Source: Mobula hypostoma (taxonomy: Eukaryota). From it: a DNA stretch of 64,000 nt. The stretch's first letter is position 1. Every line of letters starts with the position of its first letter. Positions 12,766-24,574 of the stretch are shown here, in pieces. The translations under genes and the position numbers were made by a program. The notes beneath the pieces were generated by a model that saw nothing but the letters and a program-made list of their open reading frames with translations, did not search any database and was not told where the DNA came from. Location of the stretch: assembly GCF_963921235.1 (NCBI RefSeq), contig NC_086097.1, positions 88,476,001-88,540,000 on the forward strand, given 5' to 3'.

Positions 12766-13490
12766 AAAAAGTTCAAAGTAAATTTATTATCAAAGTACAT
12801 ATAAGTCACTATATACAACCCTGAGATTCATTTTCCTGTGGGTGTACTCAATAACTTCCAAGACCACAACCTTGTAAATGGGTTTGGAAGCTTGCATGCC
12901 TCAATGACCCAGAGACCTATGTTGGCTGGAGTCAGGGGTTTATGCCTTTGTTCTTGGTAGGGTCACCCATGACAAATAGGTCAAAGGGTAGACACCAGAT
13001 GAAGAGTAGTCCACCGGTCCTCCAGGTTTGGGGGTTCAGCTCAGGGCAAATAATCCTGACTGGTAATACAAAATTGTTACAGAAACAGCAATGAAAAAGC
13101 AGTCTACATCTGAGTGTGACAGTATTCCTAGGTCTCCGCCCGAGACTTGCATGAATGATCGTAGTGAAAACCGAGTGCAAGCTACTGACTTGATGAAGGA
13201 AACCCTGAACACCAGCAGAGATGGAGGACCTTCATTGCTGCCCTAAATTCCAGTGGCATAATGGGCAATAAGAAAGTAATGCTCAATAAATCCAAAGAAT
13301 AATAATTGTAACAGAATCAATGAAAGACCGCACCAACTTTGGCTTTCAAACCGTGTGCAAAAGACAACAAACTGTGCAAATACAGAAAGAAAGAAGTAAT
13401 GATAATAAATAAACAATAAATATCGAGAACTTGAGGCGAAGAGTCCTTGATAGTGAGTACATCGGTTGTGGAAAATTCAACGATGGGACA
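12766..13490 (-). mobile_element. Rex1/Babar 3' UTR interrupted by an RTE-derived element
   Basis: aagttcaaagtaaatttattatcaaagtacat is the reverse complement of the tail at 6340-6370. Homology resumes after 13282. Confidence 0.75.
12855..13280 (+). mobile_element. RTE-derived non-autonomous (bipartite) element
   Basis: The ctcaatgac...ggtagggtcacccatg...gtccac segment resembles RTE/BovB 5' sequence. The 3' part is RTE-tail-like (agatggaggaccttcattgctgccct). TSD ctcaataa at 12847-12854 and 13282-13289. Further copies at 24575-24950 and 38528-38772. Confidence 0.7.
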
Positions 13491-14702
13491 AGTAAAAAGA
13501 GCCTTACAGCACAGAACCAGGGCCTATAGCCCACCCTGTCCATTCCGAACATTATACTGATCTACACTAGTTTCATTTACCTGCATTTGGTCCATCCTGG
13601 TTTAGCCCTTGGAACCTCCACTGAATTTTGCACCAGGGGCCACGAGCCTCAGTACTGAAATCCTGCTCACTGCAGTTTTGCTGGGAAGTGACGAACAAGT
13701 TACCGCCAAGCACTGTAGAAGAGTGAAAAGACGAAAGATAAAAAGGTTGCCTTTACAAATGAATAGAAAGAATAAGATCCATAAAGGAATAAATTAACAG
13801 TTTATGTGGTATAGAATGATTTCTGCTGTTGTACTGTCAATGTGCCAAGCAGGAGAGATAAAGGGCACAGCTAAGGCAAAGCTCTTAAATTTAAAGTCTT
13901 GCTGCTTCAAGGCATTCAAATTAATGGAGGTCACAGAGCACATCCGAGTATTAATAGTAGAAAGTTCAAAATGTGTAAGGCAGGCTTCAAAAGCACATTC
14001 TTAAAAGGAATCCTTAATCCCTTTGCTTCCTTCACTTGTTTTCAGTACGGTTTCACTTGGCTTCCCTCTTGCTGCATGTTTGCAGATTAAGGATAAAGTT
14101 AGCAAAGGACAGCAGGTTCCTTTTTTCAACAGAGGTTGCTATAGACGCAATAACTTGTACACTCATTTGGTGTCCAGACTTGTGCACTGGAATAATATCT
14201 TCAGTTTGACAGTACAAATTACAGAAGTAGTAATTAAGGTGTAATTAGCTTTAATAGTTCACCCCATCTGTTTATCTCTTCACTGATTTTTTAATTCTAT
14301 ACTGTAAATTGGCTGATTAAATAACACAGACTTCATCTCAAGCTCTTTCCACAGCGCTAACTATTGCAAAATTGTTACCTACCCTTGGAGGAGTGGGTCT
14401 AATGCTATCATGGTTCCAATCACGCCAGCTGCATTTAGGGTTATTTCCAAAGGTACTAATTCCAATTAAACTCATAGTTCTTTAGGCATTGCCTCCTGCT
14501 AGGGCCATAGCTCAATGCACGTTCCCTATTCTTTGGGTCTCAGTAGCACAAGTCAAGGGATGGCTACAAGGACATTTCCAAGTTACTGAATATCCCTTGG
14601 AATATAGTTAAGTCAATCATCAAGAAATGAAAAAAAATATGGCACAGCTGTAAATCTGTCTAGAGTAGGCCATCCTCAAATTCTGACAGACCGTGCAAGA
14701 AA

Positions 14703-17700
14703 GGGATTGAGTTTAAGAGCTGAGAGGTAATATAAGACCCTGGTCAGACCCCACTTGGAGTACTGTGCTCAGTTCTGGTCGCCTTACTACTGGAAGGACG
14801 TGGAAACCATAGATATGGTGCAGAGGGGATTTACAAGGATGTTGCCTGGATTGGGGAGCATGCCTTATGAGAATAGATTGAGTGAACTTGGCCTTTTCTC
14901 CTTGGAGCGACAGAGGATGAGTGGTGACTTGATAGAAGTATATAAGATGATGAGAGGCATTGATGGTGTGGATAGTCAGAGGCTTTTTCCCAGGGCTGAA
15001 TGGCTAGCACAAGAGGGCACAGTTTTAAGGTACTTGGAAGTAGGTACAGAGGAGATGTCAGAGGTAAGTTTTTTACGCAGAGCAGTGAGTGCGTGGAATG
15101 GACTGCCGGCAACGGTGGTGGAGGTGGATACGATAGGGTCTTTTAAGAGACGCCTGGACAGGTATATGGAGCTCAGAAAAATAGAGGGCTTATAGACCAA
15201 TATCTTTATTAAATGTTGATTCTAAAGTTTTTTCTAAGTTATTAGCAAACAGATTAGAAAAAGTACTTCCTTTTATTATTTCGGAAGACCAAACGGGTTT
15301 TATTAAAGGTCGTTACTCTTTTTATAACATTCGCACGCTGTTAAATATTGTTTATACCCCCTCACAAAATGTTCCTGAGTGTGTTATCTCTTTAGATGCT
15401 GTGAAAGCTTTTGATAGAGTAGAATGGCCTTACTTATTTAAGGTGCTTGAAATGTTTAATTTTAGCTCGAAATTTATATCCTGGATCAAACTGTTATATC
15501 ATTCTCCTGTGGCCTCGGTCCGTACCAACTCTCTAAGCTCACCTTTTTTCCCTCTTTTTCGAGGTAATCGATAAGGTTGTCCTCTTAGTCCTTTATTATT
15601 TGATATTGCATTAGAACCTCTTACAATTGCCATTTGAGAATCTCCAAATATTACTGGGATAACTCAGGGCTTAAAGTCCCATAAAATATCACTCTATGCT
15701 GATGACTTACTTTTATATATTTCTAATCCTCAAAAATCCATCCCTGCTGTTTTAGAGTTATTAGCACAATTTAGTCTCTTTTCAGGTTATAAATTAGATC
15801 TTAGTAAGAGTGAACTTTTCCCGATTAATAAACAACTTCCCTTATATCATAACTTTCCATTTAAATTGATTAATAATTATTTTTCATACCTTGGGATTAA
15901 AATTACTTGTAAATACAAAGATTTATTTAAGATTAACTTTTTACCCTTAATTGACCATATTATTCAACTTTCATCTAAATGGTTTCCTTTATATTTAACT
16001 TTGGTCGTATTAATGCAGTTAAAATGTTTTTTTTGCCAAAATTTCTATATATATTTCAGGCATTACCAATCTTTGTTCCAAAATCTTTTTTTTGATAAAG
16101 TTGACTCAAAAATTTCTTCATTTATTTGGCAAAATAAAAACCCGAGACTGGGTAAAATACATTTACAGAAAGCTAAGAGAGATGGAGGTTTAGCATTACC
16201 TAACTTTAGATTCTATTATTGGGCAATTAATATTCGACATATGAAATTCTGGTTACTTGACCAGGATATACTATCCATTCCTAAATGGGTAGCATTGGAA
16301 TTACAATCTGTTCAGGGCTATACACTTGGCTCTATTTTAGGTTCCTCTCTTCCTTTTGATTTGAAACGCCTCAAACAGGTATCTAACCCAATAGTTAAAT
16401 ATACCTTACGTATTTGGTTTCAATTCAGAAAATTTTTTGATCTTAACCAATTTGGGCTAGCGATTCCTATCTTAGGTAACATATTTTTTCCTCCCTCTTT
16501 TACGGATCGTGCTTTTCAAATTTGGAAGACTAAGGGTATTTCATGGTTTTTGGATTTATTTTTAGATGGTTCCCTTATGTCTTTTGAGCAATTATCTAAT
16601 AAATATAATTTATCAAGAATACATTTTTTTTAGATATCTACAAGTTAGAAATTTCGTAAGTACTATACTTTCTTCTTTTCCAATGCTTCCTCCTACATAC
16701 ATTTTAGATACTACAATTAACCTTAATCCATGTCAGAAAGGTGCATCGGCTATGATTTATAATATTATTATGAAACTTAGGAAAGCTCCATTTGATAAGA
16801 TTAGGGTAGATTGGGAACAGGAATTGTGGTCTATCATTTCCGTGGATGATTGGGGGCAGATTTTACAATTAGTCAATACTTCCTCTATCTGTGCTAAACA
16901 TTCCCTAATTCAATTTAAAGTTGTTCATAGAGCACATATGTCCAAAGATAAATTAGCTCGCTTTTATTCTCATATTAATCCTTTTCGTGATAGATGTCCG
17001 GGGCAGATAGCCTCTTTAACTCATATGTTTTGGTCTTGTCCTACTCTGGAAACTTTTTGGAGAGACATTTTTAATACTATTTCCAAGGTATTGAATATAG
17101 ATATCTCTCCTCACCCTATTACTGCTATCTTTGGACTACCTAAAATTTCCAGTAATCTTTCTCCTTCAGCCCGTAGAATGATTGCATTTCTTACTTTAAT
17201 GGCGAAAAGATGTATCTTACAACATTGGAAAGAGCTTAATGCTCCAACTACCTTTTTTTGGTTTTCTCAGATGATATTATGCTTGAATTTGGAGAAAATT
17301 AGAAGCAATCTTTATGATTCCTCACTTAAATTTGAACAGACCTGGAGATCTTTTATTCAATATTTTCATTTAATGTAATTTTTTTTCTCCTCTTTTTTTG
17401 CTCCATATTTGTATACCCTTCTTGTTTTTTTTTAACGGTTTTTAATGGAGGTCGGGATTGAGGACATGATTTTAAGTTTTTTAACTCTGCTTGGTTCCAA
17501 GTTAGCCCATTGCTTTGCTTTGCTTTTAGTTAGTTGCACGGTGGGTTTTTTTGGGGTTTTTTTTCCTTTTCTCTATTGATATATATATATAGAAATTAGT
17601 ATACTATTATGTTACCTTAGTATGTTAAGTTTAAATTACATTGTTTGTATCATTTTTTTTGTATTAATACCTCCTGAATTTTATTATATTCTAACAGTGT

Positions 17701-17869
17701 ATTAGTGCCCATATGGCTTACCTTTTTGTATACTTATTCAATAAAAGATTTAAAGTAGAAAAATAGAGGGCTATGGGCAACCCTAGGTAATTTGTCAGGT
17801 AAGGACATGTTTGGCACAGCTTTATGGGCTGAAAGGCCTGTATTGTGCTGTAGGTTTTCTATGTTTCTA
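14703..17869 (+). mobile_element. CR1 LINE 3' part (14703-15190 and 17757-17869), split by L1
   Basis: EYCAQFWSPYY...FTRMLPGL...FKRRLDRYMELRKIEG. The tail ctatgggcaaccctagg...tttctatgtttcta matches the uninterrupted copy at 30140-30263. Confidence 0.92.
15191..17756 (+). mobile_element. L1-clade LINE, 5'-truncated ORF2 (RT plus C-terminal cysteine motif) with 3' UTR
   Basis: YRPISLLNVDSK, DQTGFIKGR, DAVKAFDRVEW, GCPLSPLLF, SLYADDLL, YLGIKIT, GGLALPNF and DRCPGQIASLTHMFWSC. AATAAA at 17740. 16-bp TSD agaaaaatagagggct at 15175-15190 and 17757-17772. A few stops and frameshifts. Confidence 0.93.
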
Positions 17870-18209
17870 AGGGGTCTAGTGAGGGAGGCCACCAAGAGAC
17901 CCATGACAACTCTGGAGAAGTTACAAGCTTCAGTGGCTAGAGATGGGAGAGACTGCGCATACAACAACTGTTACCTGGGTGCGTCACTAGTTGCAGATTT
18001 ATGGGAAAGTGGCAAAGGAAAGGCTACTGTTGGGAAAAAAAACTCACATGAAATATCAGCTGTTGTTTGATAGAATGCACATGGGAGACTCTGAAGTCAG
18101 CTGGAAGAAGGTTCAATGGTCTGACGAAAGCAAAATTGAGCTTTTTGGCCATCATTAGACTAAATAAAACATGAAAACCTCCAAGGGAGTGATTACTTTC
18201 TATATGTAT

Positions 18210-18790
18210 TGTAGGTTCTTGATTAGTCACGGCATCACATGTTACAGGAAGAAGGCAGGAAAACAGGGTTGAGTGGGATAATAAGTTAGCCATGATGAAA
18301 TGGTGGAACAGACTCGATGGGCCAAATGATCTTATTCTGCTCCTATGACTTGTGGTCTTATGGTTATTATAGGCTTCAGCAATTTTTCATAGATGTACCA
18401 TGGAGAGCATTCTGACTGGTTGCATCACTGGCTGCAATTCACAGGATCAAAAGTGACTGCAAAGGATTGTAGACTCAACCAGCTCCAAAACGAGCACAAT
18501 GTCGAGGACATCTTCAAATCATTCTTTCAGAATGCAGCATCCAACATTAAACATCCTTTCCGTTCGGTTCATGCTCTTTTCTCATTGCTACCATCAGGAA
18601 GAAGGTACAAGACCCTGAGATGCACACGCAGTATTTTAAAATCAGCTTTTTCCCATCTGCCATTGGATTTCTGAATGGTCCATGAGCCCATAAATGCTAC
18701 CTCCTTATCCCTGTTTTGCACTGCTTACACCAATTTCGTTGTGTCTTGTATGGTACTGCTGCTTCAAAAGCAACAAATTTCACTTCATAC
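18210..18790 (+). mobile_element. CR1 3' tail followed by a Rex1/Babar fragment
   Basis: CR1 tail to about 18365 (tgtggtcttatggt). Then AASNIKHPFRSVHALFSLLPSGRRYKTL, the Rex1 C-terminus. Confidence 0.75.
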
Positions 18791-19301
18791 AATACTGTGG
18801 AGAAGTGTATATACAGAGAGGGTGCCTAAGACTTTTGCACAGTACTGTATTTGTCAACGCAGAGCAGAGAGCACGTTTGTAAATCTGACGGGAGCAAATG
18901 GTGTTGGGAATGGTGAGGGTGGAGTGCTACGAGAGGGGTGGGACAGGTGGCAGAGAAGGAGGGTCAGGTTGGGGGCTGTCGTGAGTGCAGGCACACCCAG
19001 CCCTGAGACACCAGGTAAGCATTTGATTGCAAACAATTGGTTTATTAATCATTATAAAATGTCTCTCTGGTGCTTCCCTCTCCCTTCCCTTGTCTTAACT
19101 ATGATTTGCCTCTCCCTGTCCCCTTCCCATTCTCAGTCTACAATACAGACCCATATCAGGATCAGGTTTTACTCACATATGTCATGAAATTTGTTTTTTT
19201 TTGCAGCAGCACAGTGCAATACATAAAATTATTACAGGAATGTGCAGAAGTGTTAGGCTGCCTCACTGTATATGTGCCTAAGTCTTCTGCACAGTACTGT
19301 A
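18790..19301. repeat. Tc1-TIR-derived composite repeat with two short palindromic TIR pairs
   Basis: gtgcctaagacttttgcacagtactgta at about 18822 and gtgcctaagtcttctgcacagtactgta at about 19275. Each is preceded by a degenerate inverted copy. Confidence 0.55.
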
Positions 19302-20356
19302 TGTCGGTGCTAATAAACCTGATTCTGCTGCTGGATTGAATCAGTCTGGGATCGATTCAGCAGGGGGCTGAATTGGACTGTGTATGAATCAGGAGAAATA
19401 TAAATTAGCCTTGGTGTAGACATGGTTTAAATAAGAGGCCTGAATGAGGGTAGGTGTGAATTGAGTTGAGTGTGAATGAGGAGGGCTTTGGATCCAAGTG
19501 TGGAATAATTAATGGCCAAAGTAATCCCTTACCCTGTCAACAAACTACTCTCACCCTCATAATTCTGATGCAAGGCCTCAGCCTGACATGTTAACAGTTC
19601 CCCTCCCGCTGCCCCTAACTGATGCTGCTCAGCCTGCTGAGTTCCTCCAGCAGTTTGTCCTTTTTTTGCTTCCGATTCCAGCTGCTTCTGTCTCCTGGTG
19701 TGAGCCAAGTTACGTGTGAATCAGTTGTGTATGAATCGGACTGGACATAAATCAGGATGTGTGCAAAGCTGCAAGGGCATGTAAGGGGTGTAAATCAGGC
19801 AGAAAGGTCTTGTGTGGATTTAACTTTGATTATACACACACATGCACACAATTGTGCATTGCTTGGTTTTGGTTTTTGTGTTGTTTACTTCAGAATTCAC
19901 AAGTCAGACTGATTAAGAAGGTGCACTGTTGGTTTTCAGGGACACAGGTTTACCACTGTGCCCTATCTGACTTCTGTTCCAAGCATTTAGCATTTTTCTG
20001 CCTCAACCTGATGAAAATAACCAGGCAGGACAAATCTGTGTGAGGGTGAGAGCAGTTTGTTGACAGGGTAAGGGATTACTTCGACCATTAGCCAAGCTGT
20101 ATACCGTGGTTCTACGATTGATGGCACACTGCCAAGTCATCTCCACTCAAGGTTAGACATAGATTGTAAGAATACATTTCACTTATGGCCCCTGTCAAGA
20201 TCTAATCCCGAATACCTGTGCAGGTTCACTTATCATGGAAGCAATGGATTCACTTAATGCAAAATAAGGCTGGGGAATAAATTGACATTGTGCAAAAATA
20301 CTAAATGTATGATAGTGAGTTGGTCAATCAGTTTACATCTCCCCTTTTTTTTTCAG

Positions 20357-20484
20357 TCAGTGAAGAACTAGGAGAGATAAAACAGACAGGCATTGCCTTG
20401 AGGCCATTTTATACCTTTGCTCAAAATCAGAATTATCCCTCCTGCTGTAGGAATTTTATGAAAGAATATGATGATTTTACAAAC
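20357..20484 (+). CDS. Candidate internal coding exon of an unidentified host gene
   Basis: Strong acceptor cccctttttttttcAG, open frame SEELGEIKQTGIALRPFYTFAQNQNYPSCCRNFMKEYDDFTN, donor AAC|GTATGT. Non-repetitive context. Confidence 0.5.
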
Positions 20485-20704
20485 GTATGTAGGCACACAT
20501 TCATTTCCGGTAGTGTAAAATTCTTTGGAATGGCATAGTTTTGATTTTAGGTGAAACCATACATGAAGGCATTCAGAACTCAGGAGCCATGGCAGGACTG
20601 TGTCTTCATGACTGAACACGGAAAGTGCTAGAAACTCACCAGGTCATGCAGCTTCTGTGGAAAATAAACCATGATTAAGATTTCAGGTTGGTGACCCTGT
20701 ATCA

Positions 20705-21100
20705 GAGGTTTTTTAAGTTTTTATTTTGGGCAATACAGCATGAACTAGATCCCTGTGGCCCTTCGAGGTACACCACCCCAGCATCCCCACACCTCTGAGT
20801 AATACTAACCCATGGATTTCCAACCTTTTTTACACCATGGACCCCTACAGTTAACTGAGGGGTCCATAGACCCCAAGTTGGGAACCTTTGCCCTAACGTA
20901 ATCATGGGACAATTGACAATGACCAGTTAACCTATCTGGTATGTCTTTTGACTGTGGGAGGAAACTGGCGCACCTGGGGAGAACCCAAGCATTCCATGGG
21001 GAAGGCAAACAGAGACTCCTTACAGAAAGATGCCGGAACTGAACTCTGAACTCAGAAACATCTGAGCTGTCAGAGCATCACGCTAACTGCTACGCAGCCA
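20705..21100 (-). mobile_element. tRNA-derived V-domain SINE containing a hAT MITE
   Basis: Minus head gcgtagcagttagcgtg...gagttcagttcc. V-domain-like gttctccccaggtgcgccagtttcctcccacagtcaaaagac. Confidence 0.75.
20811..20890. mobile_element. Short hAT (Charlie-like) MITE
   Basis: TIR-like ends catggatttccaac and gttgggaacctttg. Imperfect 8-bp TSD tactaacc/ccctaacg with central TA. Related copy at 60630-60696. Confidence 0.7.
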
Positions 21101-21709
21101 TTTTGACCTGAAATGTTACCCATTTCTCATTCCACAGATGCTCTTGATCTGCTCATTGTTTCCAGCATTTTCTATTTCATTTTCAGATTTCTATCATCTG
21201 CAGATTTTTTTTTTGATTTTCTTTTCTTGACCTGTCACAAAATGCCTCAATAAAGCAGAGTACTTCAGTATACGGCAGGCTTCCCAGCATCGTGCAGCTG
21301 ACCTTTCTGGTTCCTGGATACAGTGCATCCACTTCCTGGACAGAAAGGTTCCCTTCCCTGTATTACAATCTGTTTCTTCACAGGTGTTCTGGATCTTGCT
21401 GTGAAATCCATCGTCACTGCTGCTTTCTCTTCAGACTGCATTCTGGATGGGGTGCCTCTGTTTCAGGATCTGCTGTTCTTCCTTTATGTCCCATATTTTC
21501 AAGTTTATCATTTGATCCTGATTAGACTTTGATGGCTGCTGCTAGTTGATTTTCTGCTGTGAATTTTGCTCACTTGTTACTGAATTATTGCTGCTTAAAT
21601 TTGAACACTTGCTTTTGGTAAACCCTGATTCCATACTCTTTTCAATGGCTGAGGTAGAGGCATGGAGACATTTAATGGGAAACGTGATGAAAAAGTGGCG
21701 AGGTGGGAA

Positions 21710-22078
21710 TACAATCTCTACCAAAGGAGGTGTAAAGCACTGCCTCCCTTTGCTAGCCTGCAGGTCACCTTTGGGAAGGGTGTAGCTCCTGCTTTGCTCC
21801 CCGACCAGGATCACGTGAAGCCCTGGCAGCAGGTGGTGAATGGTTGTACGAGCAGATGATGCACATCACTAGCCCTGATTATGTAACCACTGACACCAGG
21901 CAGACAATCTTTGAAAGGTACTGATAATGGCTGGGGTCAACCATGTTGTAAAGACTCTGCCCAGAAGGCGGCAGTGGCAAACCACTTCTGTAGAAAAATT
22001 TAACAAGAATGATCATGGTCATAGAAAGACCATGATCACCTATGTCACACAACATGGCACATAACGAATGAACGATGA
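21710..22078 (+). mobile_element. RTE-related short element (Bov-A-like motif)
   Basis: Contains ggggtcaacc...agaagg..gtggcaaaccacttctgta, similar to the RTE/BovB 5' motif GGCAAACCACTTC. Short repeat tail acgaatgaacgatga. Confidence 0.55.
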
Positions 22079-22707
22079 GCAGCTGGGAGAAAGGAATGGA
22101 AGGATGTAATGAGAGGATGAAATGAAGAGTGTGAGAGGAGGTTTGGAAAAGAGGGAGAGGGATAGGAGGAGGATGGGTCAAATGCCCTATGCTATAAACT
22201 CTCGGGGAAGAAATGTGTCTTAGGTAAATAAACTGATTAGAGTGTATTAATTGCTAACTCATCTCCTGACATTTAAGTGGAAACACATATTGTGGTTTTG
22301 CATAGGGTCAGTTGAAGATTGAAGACAGCTTTCTCTCTGTACCTTCACCCTCATGACTCTTACCTCTGTTCCAAGTTAGTACTGTTCACTTCACAATAGA
22401 TGACTTCCCAAAATCACCTCTTTCATTCCATGCATTTATTTCTCACCCTTCATGTCCCCTCCTCTTAGTGATTGAGTTTCACACCTCTTATTTCCATAAC
22501 TACTATATTTGGTCTGCTAGCGGGCCATGATGCCTTCCCCAGACTCTAACCTTGAACTTTATCACTAGCTGTCTGCTGTCTACCCCTTGTACCATGGTTT
22601 CTACTCAACATTCTCTGCTCATGTGTCCACCTGAATCCAGTTCCTTGAACACCTTTGAGATTTTCTTGTTCTCCAAAGCTTATTGGCACTTTAGCTTGCA
22701 TCAAACG

Positions 22708-22866
22708 TTAGAAACATAGAAAACCTACAGCACAATACAGGCCCTTTGGCCCACAAAGCTGTGCCAAACATGTCCTTACCTTAGAAATTACCTAGCTATA
22801 GCCCTCTATTTTTCTAAACTCCATATACCTATTCAGAAGTCTCTTAAAAGACCCCATCGTATCCGC
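22708..22866 (-). mobile_element. CR1 3' tail, short 5'-truncated copy
   Basis: Reverse complement of the CR1 tail at 30110-30263 (tagaaacatagaaaacctacagcacaatacaggccc). Confidence 0.85.
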
Positions 22867-24290
22867 AAATTTTCCTTACAATGGTTTCAGACTTACAATG
22901 GTTTTGACTTCTTCAGTTTCTTCCTCACTGTCGACCATTTACTGAAAATACATATTGCTTCTAATGCTTGACATGCCTATCTTCCTTTGACCTCTGCCAT
23001 GAAGGTCTTGCTCTGCATTTCTCTGCCTTTCTTACCATTCTGAAATGGCAGCTTAGCTTCCTCCCTTCTTGGATGGTCACGTGATGGTCAGATGGGCTAA
23101 AAGGTCCACTTTGCACTGTTTCACCCTAAGACTATATGGATATAAGTAATTCCTCAATTTATGAAAGGCATATATTCATAGAAGATATTTCACCATTAGG
23201 ATTTTGTACATTGTATAACCTGAGCAAAATGCATTGCTGGTGTGTTGGTATAGTGTACCCCTATGAGTTGGTAATGATGCATGATTAATGATGTTAAAAA
23301 AATAGATCAAAGCTATGCACCCCATGGAGTCAATAACACATTAGCAAAAGTGTATAAAGTAAGGAATTACTACAGTTTAGCCACACCATTATTGTTCCAA
23401 GGAAGGTCATTTAGGCCCTTAAACCTGTTCTATCATTAACTGAGATTTAAAGTGTTAGTAATGCTTTAAACTGGATTTCAAGGCTCTCAGCACAGATTAG
23501 GGAATGCAATATGCCCTTAGCAGATGACCTCGTATTTCCCTTCATTTGCCATAGTTGGTTTAGTCAATTTTTGTTTCGTAAATTTGTTCTTCCTCCAATG
23601 CTGCTTGCGGTGTACCTTTTTGTGCTCATTGGCAGCATTGAATACATGTCTTTCAATCCCATCAGCTGAGTCACTTATTAGTACAATTGTTGTAGTCCTA
23701 ACTGCTGCTTGGGATTCACTGGTTATATTCTATCTGTCTGTTTCACCTACTTTCTGTCTCCTGCCTCTCAGCAAATTTCCCAGCCAGGTTAATAATTTGC
23801 CTTCAGTTTCATGAATTGAAATTTTAAGCTATCAATCTCTTCTGAGAGAATTTGTCTAATCCCTTCTATATTTAATACCCATGAACTTTGATCAACTTCT
23901 CCAAAATGTTCAATCAGGTTCTTCAGGCACAACCTAATTTTTGACTTGGGTTATTTTTACGATTAAACTGAAAGTATTGAAGATATTTTGGTTAATCATT
24001 TCCTGAGATCAACTGTGGGCTGACTGATTGAAAATTCCCTGGCTTCAGCCTCACATCTTTCATAAAAGTTCAGCATGATATTTTCAATCCAAAGAATTTT
24101 TTTCTGAATAGGGAGAATTTGGAAAGATTGTGGTTTAAGGATTTGTCAGATCTTTATTTCCTTCACAATCATAGGATGGAAACTTTCATTATCAACACCT
24201 TCTTCACTGCTATTCTTTTCCTTCTGTCAGTTCTGGCAAATCATAATCACTTATTTAGTATCAATTTTTCAGGATGTTGAAGATGCTACT

Positions 24291-24541
24291 TGTTATGTTT
24301 TGTAACTTCAAAATATTAAACTAATTCAAAGGAAAACATGGGAGTCTGAGAATGCGGATCTAACTTTGTGTGTACTTTAAGCGAGGCACACATGTATCAC
24401 ATGGTAGTGTGATGACGTATGCGACTTGCGTATTTATACATATAATCCATAATGAATTATTTAAACAAATAAGAATGCTTAATCAGATAATATATGTATG
24501 GAAGATTACTCAAATATTACTGAAATATTAAATACACGACA
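24291..24541. mobile_element. Possible solo LTR (about 250 bp)
   Basis: Begins tgttatg and ends cacgaca (TG..CA with imperfect inverted ends). No clear TSD. Confidence 0.4.
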
Positions 24542-24574
24542 TTTTACTCTTCCTCTATTAACACAAAAAAGCTA

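Larger units (their letters stand above)
14572..18170 (+). mobile_element. Tc1 transposase remnant split by CR1 and L1 insertions (pieces 14572-14706 and 17870-18170)
   Basis: The left piece ISKLLNIPWNIVKSIIKK..YGTAVNLSRVGHPQILTDRAR joins the right piece GLVREATKRPMTTLEKLQASVA...WKKVQWSDESKIELFG (paired-like HTH and the first catalytic D in WSDES). Confidence 0.85.

Noticed and set aside
6900..14245. Other AG..GT exon-like segments (about 6936, 7207, 11572 and 14086)
   Set aside because: They are short or have weak splice sites, or they run into stops. They cannot be distinguished from chance without expression data.
18675..19187. 170-aa plus-strand ORF
   Set aside because: It runs through several unrelated repeat fragments.
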